64,000 bases of DNA from Candidatus Limnocylindria bacterium (lineage in GTDB: Bacteria > Chloroflexota > Limnocylindria > Limnocylindrales > CSP1-4). A program made the position numbers and the translations under genes. The notes beneath the pieces are model-generated. The model was not told the origin of the DNA, did no database searches, and worked only from the letters and a program-made list of their open reading frames with translations. Positions within the stretch are counted from its first letter, which is position 1, and each line of letters starts with the position of its first letter. Positions 46,952-60,573 of this stretch are shown here, piece after piece. The stretch is taken from the NCBI GenBank assembly GCA_046566045.1, contig JBKHXL010000063.1:21460-85459 (forward strand), read 5' to 3'.

Positions 46952-47165
46952 CGCCGGCGCCGCGCCGCACCGACCCGTTTGCCTGGCGGTGCTACCATGT
47001 CGCAACGTTCCCGGCACCGAGCCGCAAACGGCGACACGACTGGCTGGAACGTATACAATCCGCCGGACAACGACTGCGGAAGCCGACTCTTGCGAGCTTG
47101 CTCGCATCAAGCGCGGCCGGTCGATCAGCGAACGTGATCGTCCGTGTCCCGAGCGCAAGGAGTCG

Positions 47166-49894
<2,729 letters not shown>

Positions 49895-50064
49895 CCCGCG
49901 GAGATGGTGGTGCGTCCGCGCACCACGCTGCGGGGCCCGTCGATGCGGCGGTCAGGCCGAGCCCGTACAGTGTCGCCACGATGGTCCGGCTGTGGGAGCA
50001 CCGGACCGCGGTGGCGCGCCGGGAGCCGCCACCGATCGCCACCCCTGGAGGAGGTCCGTTCACC

Positions 50065-52257
50065 GTGCGTCGCTTTCGCGCCATGCTCGCTGCCGCGCTC
50101 GTCGCGGTCATGGTCGCCACCGTGCCGGTCAGTGCTGCCCCGGGCAGCCAGGCCGACTCGTCTGCGGCCCGCCCGACGGTCGACCGGTCGGTCGCCCTGG
50201 TCCAGCTGAAGGGCGACCCGCTCGCCACGGCCGCCAAGACCAAGCCGGCCAAGGGCAAGAAGATCGACTTCACGTCCGCCTCGGTGCGGGCCTACCGGGC
50301 CGAGCTGTCGGCGCGGCGCAACGCGTTCAAGAAGTGGCTCGCCACCAATGCCCCGAAGGCCCGGCTGACCGGCAGCTGGGACATCAGCCTCAACGCGGTC
50401 ACGGTCAAGCTCAACGGCGCGAGCCTGACCACGATCCGCAAGGCACCGCAGGTCGCGCGCGCGGAGTATGGCGGCCTGTACTACCCGACCGCCGAGGACC
50501 CCGACCTCGCGCTCATCGACGCCGTCGCGGCGTGGGGCGCCGGTGGGGCCGCCGGCGCCGGGCGGGGCGTCAAGGTCGCCATCGTCGACTCGGGCATCGA
50601 TATCGACCACCCGTGCTTCAGCGACGCCGGGTATCCGGCGCAGACCCAGCTCGGTGACCGGCGCTTCACCAACAACAAGGTCATCGCGGCCCGCGTGTTC
50701 TACGACAAGGCCCGCAACCAGGGCCTGACCGCCGAGGCCGTGGATGACCACGGCACGCACGTCGCCGGCACCGTCGCGTGCAACCACGAGACGCCTGCCG
50801 AGGTCAGTGGCGTGACCATCCCGTACGCCCCGTCCGGGGTCGCTCCCGCGGCGCTGCTGGGCAACTACAACGTGTTCCCGGGCACCGTCGAGAGCGCCCG
50901 TTCCGAGGACATCCTCAACGCCCTCGACGCAGCCTATGCCGACGGAATGGACGTCGCCAACATGAGCCTGGGCGGCAGCGCCAGCGGCATCCAGGACCTG
51001 CTGACCATCGCGGTCGACAACCTGGACCGGGCCAACATGGTCGTCGCCGTGTCGAATGGCAACGAGGGCCCCGGCCACTTCACCGTCGGCTCCCCGGGCT
51101 CGGCCGCCCGTGCCCTGACCGCCGGCGCCAGCAGCGTCGGTCACTACGTCGCTGCGCCGGTCACGGTCGACGGGGCGTCGTATGGCGCGGTCGCCGGCGA
51201 CTTCCCGGTCGTCGAGGGCGCCCCGCTCGTCGCACCGCTCGGTGTCGTGACCTCGCCGCCGGTCGACTCCGTGAACGGCCTGTCCGTCGCGTGCTCGGCC
51301 CTGCCGGCCGGTTCGCTGGCGGGCAAGATCGCGCTGATCGGGCGCGGGGCGTGCGACTTCTCGACGAAGATCCGGCACGCGGAGCTGGCGGGCGCGGTGG
51401 CCGTGCTCGTGGCCAACCGCGCCGGCGGCGACCCGACCGCGATGGGGGAGGGCGCCTCGCCGGACGGCGTCCAGCCGACCGTCCCTGCGTACATGATCAG
51501 CCTGGCCGATTCGCAGGTCGTCAAGACCAAGAACGGCTTGAGCACCACGATCAGCCCCGACCTCGCGTACTTCCTGTCGGGCAACGACGACGTGCAGGCC
51601 TCCTTCACCTCGGAGGGCCCCACCGACGTCGACTTCCGGGTCAAGCCCGACCTGATGGCCCCCGGCGTGAACGTCCTGTCGTCCGTGTCGGGCGACTGTG
51701 GCGCACTCGGCTGCTGGGCCTTCTTCTCCGGCACCTCGATGGCCTCGCCGCACCTCGCCGGCGCCGCCGCCGTGGTCCGCGGCCGGCATCCGACCTGGAC
51801 CGCGGAGCAGGTCCGCTCGGCCATCGTCAACACGGCCGAGACCGGCGTCGTGACCAGCGGTGCGGGGGCGGTCGTGACCGACGTCAACATCGTCGGCTCC
51901 GGCCGGCTCGACCTGGATGCGGCCGTCGTCGCCAGCGCGGCGCTCGCCCCGGTGAGCGTCAGCTATGGCGCCATCCCGTCCGGCTCCGGCCAGACGCGGA
52001 CCGCCAGCGTGGCCATCACGAACCTCAGCGCAGGGACCGTCACGTGGTCGCTCGGGATCGCCGACACGGTCGGTGCGGGCGTGTCGTTCGCGACCAGCCC
52101 GTCCAGCGTCAGCCTGGCGCCCGGTGCGTCGACCACGGTCAAGGTCACGATGACCGCGGCCAAGGGCGCGGCCCGTGGCGACCACCAGGCCGTCCTGACG
52201 GTCGCGGCCGGCGGCACGACCGTGGCGCACGCCGTGGTCTACGCCTTCGTCAAGTAG
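50065..52257 (+). CDS. Secreted S8 subtilase (I9 propeptide, PA domain, C-terminal Ig/Fn-like; Vpr-like)
   Basis: Signal peptide; VAIVDSG, DHGTHVAG, GTSMASPH triad; PA domain GKIALIGRGACDF..K; SD GGAGGAGG. Confidence 0.95.
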   Translation: MRRFRAMLAAALVAVMVATVPVSAAPGSQADSSAARPTVDRSVALVQLKGDPLATAAKTKPAKGKKIDFTSASVRAYRAELSARRNAFKKWLATNAPKARLTGSWDISLNAVTVKLNGASLTTIRKAPQVARAEYGGLYYPTAEDPDLALIDAVAAWGAGGAAGAGRGVKVAIVDSGIDIDHPCFSDAGYPAQTQLGDRRFTNNKVIAARVFYDKARNQGLTAEAVDDHGTHVAGTVACNHETPAEVSGVTIPYAPSGVAPAALLGNYNVFPGTVESARSEDILNALDAAYADGMDVANMSLGGSASGIQDLLTIAVDNLDRANMVVAVSNGNEGPGHFTVGSPGSAARALTAGASSVGHYVAAPVTVDGASYGAVAGDFPVVEGAPLVAPLGVVTSPPVDSVNGLSVACSALPAGSLAGKIALIGRGACDFSTKIRHAELAGAVAVLVANRAGGDPTAMGEGASPDGVQPTVPAYMISLADSQVVKTKNGLSTTISPDLAYFLSGNDDVQASFTSEGPTDVDFRVKPDLMAPGVNVLSSVSGDCGALGCWAFFSGTSMASPHLAGAAAVVRGRHPTWTAEQVRSAIVNTAETGVVTSGAGAVVTDVNIVGSGRLDLDAAVVASAALAPVSVSYGAIPSGSGQTRTASVAITNLSAGTVTWSLGIADTVGAGVSFATSPSSVSLAPGASTTVKVTMTAAKGAARGDHQAVLTVAAGGTTVAHAVVYAFVK

Positions 52258-52289
52258 CGAGCGGGCCACCGGCCCGCAGCAGCGCCTCG

Positions 52290-52315
52290 AACGCCCCGGC
52301 CCCGGCCGGGGCGTT
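52290..52315. terminator. Stem-loop between convergent genes
   Basis: aacgccccggcc-cc-ggccggggcgtt. Confidence 0.7.
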
Positions 52316-52358
52316 CCGCTGTCCCGACCCCGGCCGGGGCGTCGACCGTCCCCGGGGG

Positions 52359-53138
52359 TCAGCTGCCGACGGCGACCAGGTGCGGCGCGTCCTGACCGGC
52401 CAGCTCGGCCGCCCTGACCTGCGAACGGGCGACGACCCGGGCCATCGCCCGGCGGTAGGCGGCATCCGTCTCCGGCAGGGGTGGCTCGCCGAGCTCTCGC
52501 GCGAGCACGTCCCGGACGCGCCGGTACTGGCGCACGACCTGCGCGCGAGAACCGGTCAGGCCATGGATCGTGAGCAGGACCGCGTGCGCCTCCTCGCGCA
52601 GGGGGTCTCGAGCGAGCAGGCGTTCCGCGGCATCGCGTGCAGCGTCGAGGTCGCCGGCCCCGAGTCGGCGATCGGCGACCGCCGCGAGCGCGTCCTCGAA
52701 CCGGTCGGCCAGCCGGTCCCGCTCCAGGGCGAAACAGTCGTGAGGGAGGCCCTCGGCGAAGTCGCCGCCGTACAGGCGGACCGCGAGCTCGGGGTCCGGC
52801 ATGGGCGGGCGGCTGGCCCGATCGAACGCGACGACGTCGAGGTCGAGGACCGCCGTCGGCCGGAGGCCGAGCGTATCGGCGTCCGTCTCCAGGATGGCGT
52901 CGGGGTCGAGGCCGGCGCTCACCAGGCCGCCGCGCAGCTGGTACAGGGCGTGGCGGAGCGGGCTTCCCGTGCCGATGAGGTCGTCGGGCCACAGGTCCGC
53001 GGCGATGCCTTCACGCGATCGCGGTCGTCCGGCGGTCGCGAGCAGGGTGAACAGTGCCCGGCCGTGCTGTCCGCGGGTGCGCACCGGCCGGCCGTCGGCG
53101 GTCTCCACCGCCATCCGCCCGAGCAGGCGGATGTGCAC
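52359..53138 (-). CDS. SARP/BTAD-domain transcriptional activator
   Basis: HIRLLG, LAADLWPD-like wHTH, LDVVAF, LYGGDF, DPLREEAH..L, YRRVRDVLARELG.PP.PET. Confidence 0.88.
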   Translation of the reverse strand: MHIRLLGRMAVETADGRPVRTRGQHGRALFTLLATAGRPRSREGIAADLWPDDLIGTGSPLRHALYQLRGGLVSAGLDPDAILETDADTLGLRPTAVLDLDVVAFDRASRPPMPDPELAVRLYGGDFAEGLPHDCFALERDRLADRFEDALAAVADRRLGAGDLDAARDAAERLLARDPLREEAHAVLLTIHGLTGSRAQVVRQYRRVRDVLARELGEPPLPETDAAYRRAMARVVARSQVRAAELAGQDAPHLVAVGS

Positions 53139-53455
53139 GCCCTGATCGGATCTCGTCCCCCCGATCCGTGGCACCGCGTTCCTCCCCTTGGGTGCATCCC
53201 CGGCACGTCACGGCGTCCGGCCCGTCCCCCCGAGGGCCGGACGCCGGAGCGTCATCGACCGGCCCCCAGCCGGTCGACCCCCGACGTCACGAGGACGCCC
53301 CCGCGACCTCGTTCGTCGCCCTGATGGTCGCACCTGCGACGTCGCAGGTCCAGTCTACATCTGACGCCTGGGTTGTCCGTCAGTTGACACTCCCGGAGCG
53401 TCACGGCCCCGGCCCGGGCTCCTTCGCGGAGCGCGTTCGCTACACTCGCCGGGCT

Positions 53456-54313
53456 GTGCCGACCGCCACCATCACCTTCGGCTTCGACCCGATCCTGCGC
53501 CTCGGACCCGACCTCGCCGTGCGCTGGCAGACGGTCGCCCTGGCCGTGGTCATCGCCGCCGTGCTGACCTGGACGACGCGCTCGGTCCGCGCGGCGCGGC
53601 TGCGCCCCGACGACCTGCTGTCGATCGTCATCGGTGCCGTCCCGGGCGCGGTCATCGTCGGACGGATCGCCTGGATCGCCGCGCATCCGGGGATCGTCCC
53701 GCTCGACCCGTGGGCGTGGCTCGACCCGTCGCTGGGCGGGGTGGACCTCGCGGCCGGGGTCCTCGGCGGGATCGGCGGGGGAGCGCTCATCGCGTCCCTG
53801 CTCGGGGTGCCGGTCGAGACGTGGGCACGGCTGGCCGCCGTCCCGTTGCTCGTCGCCATCGGGGCCGGCAAGCTGGTGATGGTCCTCGGGGGCAGCGGCC
53901 AGGGTCTGCCGGCCGACCTGTGGTGGGCGACCGCGTACGACGGGCCCGGACCGTGGGGTTCGCTCGCGGCGGCGCTGCCATCCCACCCGTCGCAGGCCTA
54001 CGAGGGTCTCGCCACGCTCGTGCTGGCGCTCGCCACGACGCGGGCGACCGGACGATCCGCGACGCCCGGCACGGCCCTGCTGGCCGGGGCGGTCGGGTCG
54101 TACGCCGTGGTCCGCGCCGCCGTCGCCCTGACCTGGCGGGACCCGGTCGTCGCCGGTCCGCTCGGAGCCACGGGCTGGACGGCCGTGCTGGTGGCCGCCG
54201 CGAGCCTCGCCGTCGCGCTGGCGGTCATCGCCCTCCACGAGCGGCGACGGCGAGGTCGAACGGCCCAGCCCGTCGTCGACTGGCCGGATCCGGCGACCCG
54301 GCCGCGGTTCTGA
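53456..54313 (+). CDS. Divergent Lgt-family paralog
   Basis: TFGFDPI, IGAVPGAVIVGRI, HPSQAYEG; lacks the R-x-G-N-F-x-N-x-E signature. Confidence 0.75.
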   Translation: MPTATITFGFDPILRLGPDLAVRWQTVALAVVIAAVLTWTTRSVRAARLRPDDLLSIVIGAVPGAVIVGRIAWIAAHPGIVPLDPWAWLDPSLGGVDLAAGVLGGIGGGALIASLLGVPVETWARLAAVPLLVAIGAGKLVMVLGGSGQGLPADLWWATAYDGPGPWGSLAAALPSHPSQAYEGLATLVLALATTRATGRSATPGTALLAGAVGSYAVVRAAVALTWRDPVVAGPLGATGWTAVLVAAASLAVALAVIALHERRRRGRTAQPVVDWPDPATRPRF

Positions 54314-54390
54314 GGCGTGCGCCGTCGAGCGAGCGTCCGGCGGCGGAGGAGTATCGTGTCGGCACCGCAGCACAAGACGAGGAACCTTCG

Positions 54391-55932
<1,542 letters not shown>

Positions 55933-55945
55933 GCGAGACGCCACG

Positions 55946-57085
55946 ATGGCCGTCCAGACGCCGACCTGGCGACCGCGCCCGACGCTGTCCGGCGCGGACT
56001 ACTCCAGCGATGCCGTGTACGCGGAGGAGCGTGAGCGGATCTGGTTCGGTGGCTGGGTCGGCATCGGGCGGACCGAGGAGATCCCCGAACCGGGCGACTA
56101 CCTCGTGCGCGACCTGGCCGGCGAGTCGATCGTCGTCGCGCGCAACCGCGACGGGGGACTGCGCGGCTTCTACAACGTGTGCGCCCATCGCGGGACGAAG
56201 CTGCTCGACGAGACCGGACCGGCCTGCGGCCACGTCTCGAAGGTCTTCAAGTGCCCCTATCACGCCTGGTCGTACGACCTCGACGGTCGTCTTGTCGGGA
56301 CGCCGAACGTGGACGAGGACGAGGCGTTCGACCGAGCCGACTACCCGCTGCACGCCATCGGCGTGGACGCGTACGGCGGTTTCCTGTTCGTCAACCTGGC
56401 CGAGGCCGCGCAGCGTCGCCCCCTGCTCGACCAGCTGCGCGAGGGCATGGAGAGCATCACGAACTTCGAGCGCTATCGCCTCGACGAGCTGCGCGTGGGC
56501 CGGCGCATCGTGTACGAGGTCGAGGCCAACTGGAAGATCGTCATCGAGAACTACAACGAGTGCCTGCACTGCCCGACCATCCATCCCGAGCTGGTGGCGG
56601 TCGTGCCGCTGTACCGCTTCGGCGAGGTGTGGGACGAGGAGACCCGCGACGACGGCAACTGGATGATCGAGGGCGCGACGTCCTTCACCAGGACCGGGCG
56701 ATCCACGCTGCCGCCCTTCCCGGACCTGCTGCCCGACGACTACCGCATGTACTACGGCACGTTCCAGTTCGCCAACGTGATGCTCAACCTTCACCCCGAC
56801 GCCGCGATGGTCTACTACGCCCTGCCGCGCGGGCCGCACCACACCACGGTCGTGTCCGAGTACCTGTTCCGCCCCGAGACGATCGCCGCGCCCGACTTCG
56901 CACCCGAGCCCGTGGTCGAGTTCTGGGACCTCATCAGCCGGCAGGACTGGGCCGTCTGCGAGCGCGCCCAGACCGGCGTGTCGTCGCGCTCCTTCCGGGC
57001 GGGCGTGTACCCCCGCCAGGACCGCTTCCTGTTCGACTTCAACCAGCACTATCGCCGGGCGATGGGGCGACCGACCCTGCCCTGA
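55946..57085 (+). CDS. Rieske non-heme iron oxygenase alpha subunit (GbcA/CntA/choline monooxygenase group)
   Basis: NVCAHRG...CPYHAWSY Rieske site; ENYNECLHCPTIHP mononuclear Fe site; RQDWAVCE. Confidence 0.92.
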   Translation: MAVQTPTWRPRPTLSGADYSSDAVYAEERERIWFGGWVGIGRTEEIPEPGDYLVRDLAGESIVVARNRDGGLRGFYNVCAHRGTKLLDETGPACGHVSKVFKCPYHAWSYDLDGRLVGTPNVDEDEAFDRADYPLHAIGVDAYGGFLFVNLAEAAQRRPLLDQLREGMESITNFERYRLDELRVGRRIVYEVEANWKIVIENYNECLHCPTIHPELVAVVPLYRFGEVWDEETRDDGNWMIEGATSFTRTGRSTLPPFPDLLPDDYRMYYGTFQFANVMLNLHPDAAMVYYALPRGPHHTTVVSEYLFRPETIAAPDFAPEPVVEFWDLISRQDWAVCERAQTGVSSRSFRAGVYPRQDRFLFDFNQHYRRAMGRPTLP

Positions 57086-57187
57086 CGCCGTAACGCCCCT
57101 GTCACCCCTCCGGCCCGCGTGGGAGTGCGTCTGTCAGGGCCACCCGGTCATGCTCGTCGGACCAGCGCACGCGCAGGGAGGCGAGCC

Positions 57188-57628
57188 ATGACCGACTACG
57201 AACGCACCACCACCCGCGAGACCACCGTCACCGACCCGACCCCGACCACCCGTGACGCGGTGCCGGTCCGCGACACGGTGAGCACGAGCGAGCGCGCGTA
57301 CCGGACCGCCGGCCCGAGCGCGAGCAGCGTCGTCGCCCGCTTCGTGACCTTCCTGTTCGGGATCCTCCAGGCGGCGCTCATCCTGCGCATCATCCTGCTG
57401 GTCCTCGTGGCCAACCAGGGCAACGACATCGTCGCCCTGATCCTCGGCATCACCGACCCGTTCGTCGAGCCGTTCCGCGGCATGTTCGCGCTCGATCGCG
57501 TGACCGGCGAGCAGGGCTCCACCCTCGACGTCGCCGCTGTCGTCGCGCTGATCGGCTGGACGCTGATCGAGCTGCTCGTGCTGGCGCTGCTGCGGATCTT
57601 CGATCGCCGCGAGGTCACGACCGTCTAG
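57188..57628 (+). CDS. YggT-like membrane protein
   Basis: ALILRIILLVL..N..N.IV..I..ITDPFV.PF.GMF; GGAGG SD. Confidence 0.8.
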   Translation: MTDYERTTTRETTVTDPTPTTRDAVPVRDTVSTSERAYRTAGPSASSVVARFVTFLFGILQAALILRIILLVLVANQGNDIVALILGITDPFVEPFRGMFALDRVTGEQGSTLDVAAVVALIGWTLIELLVLALLRIFDRREVTTV

Positions 57629-58572
57629 CGCTCCGTGACGCCGGCCGTCGCGGGAGCCGCTGCCGGGGCGGCGCTGGTGACGGCGGCCGCCAGCGCGGCG
57701 ATGTCGGCCGGACCGGTGCCGCAGCAGCCGCCCAGCCACGTGGCGCCGAGCGCCGTCCAGCCGGCGACGGTGGCACCGTCGAACGCCTCGGATGCGCTCG
57801 TCGCGACCCAACGGTGGGCGGTCGCATCCCAGCGGTCGCCCGCGTTCGGGTAGGCGATGCGCGCCAGCGCCGGGGCCGTCGCTGCGGCCGCGGCCAGGAG
57901 GTGCGGGACCAGGCGCGGCGCCGTGCAGTTGACCCCGACCGCCTCGATGCCGCCGCTCCCCGCCGCGACGGCCATCGCGTCGGCGATCGGCTCGCCGGCG
58001 GCCGTGCTGGCCTCGTCCCGACACTGGTAGGTCAGCCAGGCCCGCGCCCCGCGCTCCTCGACCAAGCGGACCAGCACCTCGGCCTCGCGCATGGTCGGGA
58101 TGGTCTCCAGCGCCAGCAGGTCCGCCCCGGCCTCCAGCAGCGCGTCCATCCGCGGCGCGTGCACCTCGCGCAGCGCGTCCGGCCCGGGATCGTAGTCGCC
58201 GCGGTACTCGGACCCGTCGGCCAGCATCGCCCCGTACGGCCCGACCGAGCCGGCGACCAGCAGCGGCCGGTCGATGTCGGCGCCGGCCGCGGCGACGTGC
58301 GCATCCCGGGCCCGGCGCGCGAGCGCGACGCTGCGCCGGATCGCCGCCAGGGCCGCGTCTCGATCGAGCCCTGCGGCCTCGAAGCCCTGGACCGTGGCCT
58401 GGTACGACGCGGTCGTGGCGACCCGTGCCCCGGCGTCGAAGTAGGCGCGGTGGACGGCCTCGATGGCGTCCGGGTCCTCGACCAGGACGCGCGCCGACCA
58501 GAGGCGGTCGGACAGGTCCAGGCCGCGCGCCTCCAGCTGGGTGGCGAGGCCGCCGTCGAGCACGATCGTCAT
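57625..58572 (-). CDS. mmuM: Homocysteine S-methyltransferase
   Basis: LDGGLATQLE, WSARVL, SVGPYGAMLADGSEY, ETIP, GVNC, YPNAG, GGCCG. Confidence 0.94.
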   Translation of the reverse strand: MTIVLDGGLATQLEARGLDLSDRLWSARVLVEDPDAIEAVHRAYFDAGARVATTASYQATVQGFEAAGLDRDAALAAIRRSVALARRARDAHVAAAGADIDRPLLVAGSVGPYGAMLADGSEYRGDYDPGPDALREVHAPRMDALLEAGADLLALETIPTMREAEVLVRLVEERGARAWLTYQCRDEASTAAGEPIADAMAVAAGSGGIEAVGVNCTAPRLVPHLLAAAAATAPALARIAYPNAGDRWDATAHRWVATSASEAFDGATVAGWTALGATWLGGCCGTGPADIAALAAAVTSAAPAAAPATAGVTER

Positions 58573-59660
58573 CCGGCCTCCCCCTCGCGACGCCGTCGGA
58601 TGGCCACGATGGTGATGTCGTCGGCAGGCTCGGACACGCCGGCGAAGGCGGCCACCGCGCCGGCCACGGCGTCGACGAGATCCTGGGCGGACCCGCCCCG
58701 GGCGGACTCGATGGCCGCGAACAGGCGGGCCTCCTCGAAGCGCTCGCCGGCGGGGGAGCGCGCATCGGTCACGCCATCGGTGTAGAGGAGCAGCGCGTCG
58801 CCCGGCCGCAGGCCGACGGCGACCTCCGGGACGGCCAGGTCGGCGAAGGCGCCGACGAGCGGTCCCGAACCGAGCACGAGGCTCGCCGGACGGCCGTCGC
58901 CGGGGACGTAGATCGGCGGCTCGTGCCCCGCGTTGGCGAAGCGGAGATGGCCCGTCGGCAGGTCGAGGCGGGCGACCATGGCCGTGATGAACAGCGACGA
59001 GCGCCGCTCCTCGACGAGGATCCGGTTGGTGCGAACGAGCGCCTCGGCGGGACCGGTCGTGTGGTCGATCGCCGCGTGGAGGAGGGGACGGGAGAAGGCC
59101 ATCAGCAGGGCGGCCGCGATGCCCTTGCCGGTGACGTCGGCGATGACCACGCTCAGCGGCCGGCCGCGCCGCCGGAGCCGGAACAGGTCGAAGAAGTCGC
59201 CGCCGACCTCGCGCGCCGCCTCGTAGTGGCTGGCGAGGTCATAGCCGGGGGTGACCGGCGCGACGAGCGACACGAAGCTGCGCTGGAGCTGCCGTCCGTG
59301 GGCGAGCTCCGAGTCGATCCGCCGCGTGGCTGCGGCACTCGCCGCGTGCCGCTCACGGGCCGTCCGTTCGACGACGGTGGCCAGGGCGGCGGCAAGGCCC
59401 GAGCCCGTGGCCCGCAGCAGGGCGGGATCGGGGGATCCTCCGCGGACGACGACCCGGCCGATGACCGCGCCGCCGAGGACGATCGGGAACGTCTCGCGGC
59501 CCGCGTCCGGCCGCCCGTCGGCGTCGGTCCCGTCGGCCGAACTGGCGAGCACGACGCCGGCCTCGTCCTCCACGCTCAGGATGGCGCTTCCGACCGACTC
59601 GCGGAACGGCGCCAGGATGATGTCGAGGCCGGCGTCCGCCAGCGGGTGGCTGCGGTCCAT
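58569..59660 (-). CDS. PP2C/SpoIIE (RsbU-like) phosphatase with a small N-terminal sensory domain
   Basis: EVGGDFFD, IADVTGKG, NAGHEPP, LLYTDGVTDA, DDITIVA. Confidence 0.92.
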   Translation of the reverse strand: MDRSHPLADAGLDIILAPFRESVGSAILSVEDEAGVVLASSADGTDADGRPDAGRETFPIVLGGAVIGRVVVRGGSPDPALLRATGSGLAAALATVVERTARERHAASAAATRRIDSELAHGRQLQRSFVSLVAPVTPGYDLASHYEAAREVGGDFFDLFRLRRRGRPLSVVIADVTGKGIAAALLMAFSRPLLHAAIDHTTGPAEALVRTNRILVEERRSSLFITAMVARLDLPTGHLRFANAGHEPPIYVPGDGRPASLVLGSGPLVGAFADLAVPEVAVGLRPGDALLLYTDGVTDARSPAGERFEEARLFAAIESARGGSAQDLVDAVAGAVAAFAGVSEPADDITIVAIRRRREGEAG

Positions 59661-59683
59661 GACGCGCCGTGCCGGGCCGGCGC

Positions 59684-60091
59684 TCAGAAGGCGGCGATCG
59701 CGCTCGACCGATCGGGATGGACGACGAACATCCGATCGAGCCCGGTGCGGGCGAGCACGCGCTCGACGCCGGGCTGCGGCGCGCACAGCTGGACCTCGCG
59801 CTGCGAGCCGCTCGTCGCGGACGCGTGCAGGGCGGTCCAGCCGGCCTCGGGATCGGGCGGCGCTTCACCGTGCATGATCCGGACGATCGAGTGCAGTGCC
59901 ACGAGGCCCGAGCTGGCCATGAAGCGGAGGTCGGTGAGGTCGAGCAGGAGCGTGCGCGCGCCGCCGTCGTACAGGGTCCGCGCGGTCTCGATGAGGCTCT
60001 CGAAGTTCGACGCGTCGAGCTCCCCATCGAGCGCGATGACGGTCAGCGGGACGCGGGCGTCCACCTGCTCGACGGTCGTCTCGAGGGCCAT
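59684..60091 (-). CDS. STAS-domain anti-sigma antagonist (RsbV-like)
   Basis: LDGELDAS, LDLTDLRFMASSGLVAL (phospho-Ser), V..VLARTGL. Confidence 0.9.
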   Translation of the reverse strand: MALETTVEQVDARVPLTVIALDGELDASNFESLIETARTLYDGGARTLLLDLTDLRFMASSGLVALHSIVRIMHGEAPPDPEAGWTALHASATSGSQREVQLCAPQPGVERVLARTGLDRMFVVHPDRSSAIAAF

Positions 60092-60573
60092 CAGCGTTCC
60101 TCCTTCGGGCGCCGGTCGAGCCGGCGTGTCAGGGTCAGGATATTGCCACCGCCGGGTCGCGGCGAGTGGGCGATCGCGTCGATGCCGGCGCGCATGAGGT
60201 GGATGCCCATGCCGCCGGGGCGACGCGCCGCCGGGGGCGTCGCGAGAACCGGGGCGGGCACGCTGGTCGGATCGAACGTCGGCGCCTCGTCCTCGATCGT
60301 GATGACGAGCCGGTCCCCGGTCCGCTCGATGCGCACGTCGAGCCAGCCCGGCCGACCGGCGTAACCGTGCCGGATCACGTTGCTGGCGGCCTCGTCGACG
60401 GCCTGGACCAGGTCGTCCTGGCACTCGGGATCGGCCGTCGGATCGGCGGCATCCACCGCATCACGGACGAGGGCGCGCACGTCCGCGACGCGAGCCGGGT
60501 CGGCATCGACGCGGATCGCCCACGGCCCCGCCCCCGGCCGGGCCGGCGAGGTGTCGCGGGCCGGGTCGGTCAC
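60091..60573 (-). CDS. RsbW-like anti-sigma/Ser kinase (HATPase_c_2)
   Basis: AVDEAASNVIRHGY, IEDEAP.FDP, RPGGMGIHLM, GNILTL; GTG overlaps the hydA stop. Confidence 0.88.
   Translation of the reverse strand: MTDPARDTSPARPGAGPWAIRVDADPARVADVRALVRDAVDAADPTADPECQDDLVQAVDEAASNVIRHGYAGRPGWLDVRIERTGDRLVITIEDEAPTFDPTSVPAPVLATPPAARRPGGMGIHLMRAGIDAIAHSPRPGGGNILTLTRRLDRRPKEER

Noticed and set aside
53384-53389. Perfect TTGACA -35 hexamer
   Set aside because: No -10 at a 16-19 nt spacing; the TACACT used by the lgt paralog is about 50 nt away.
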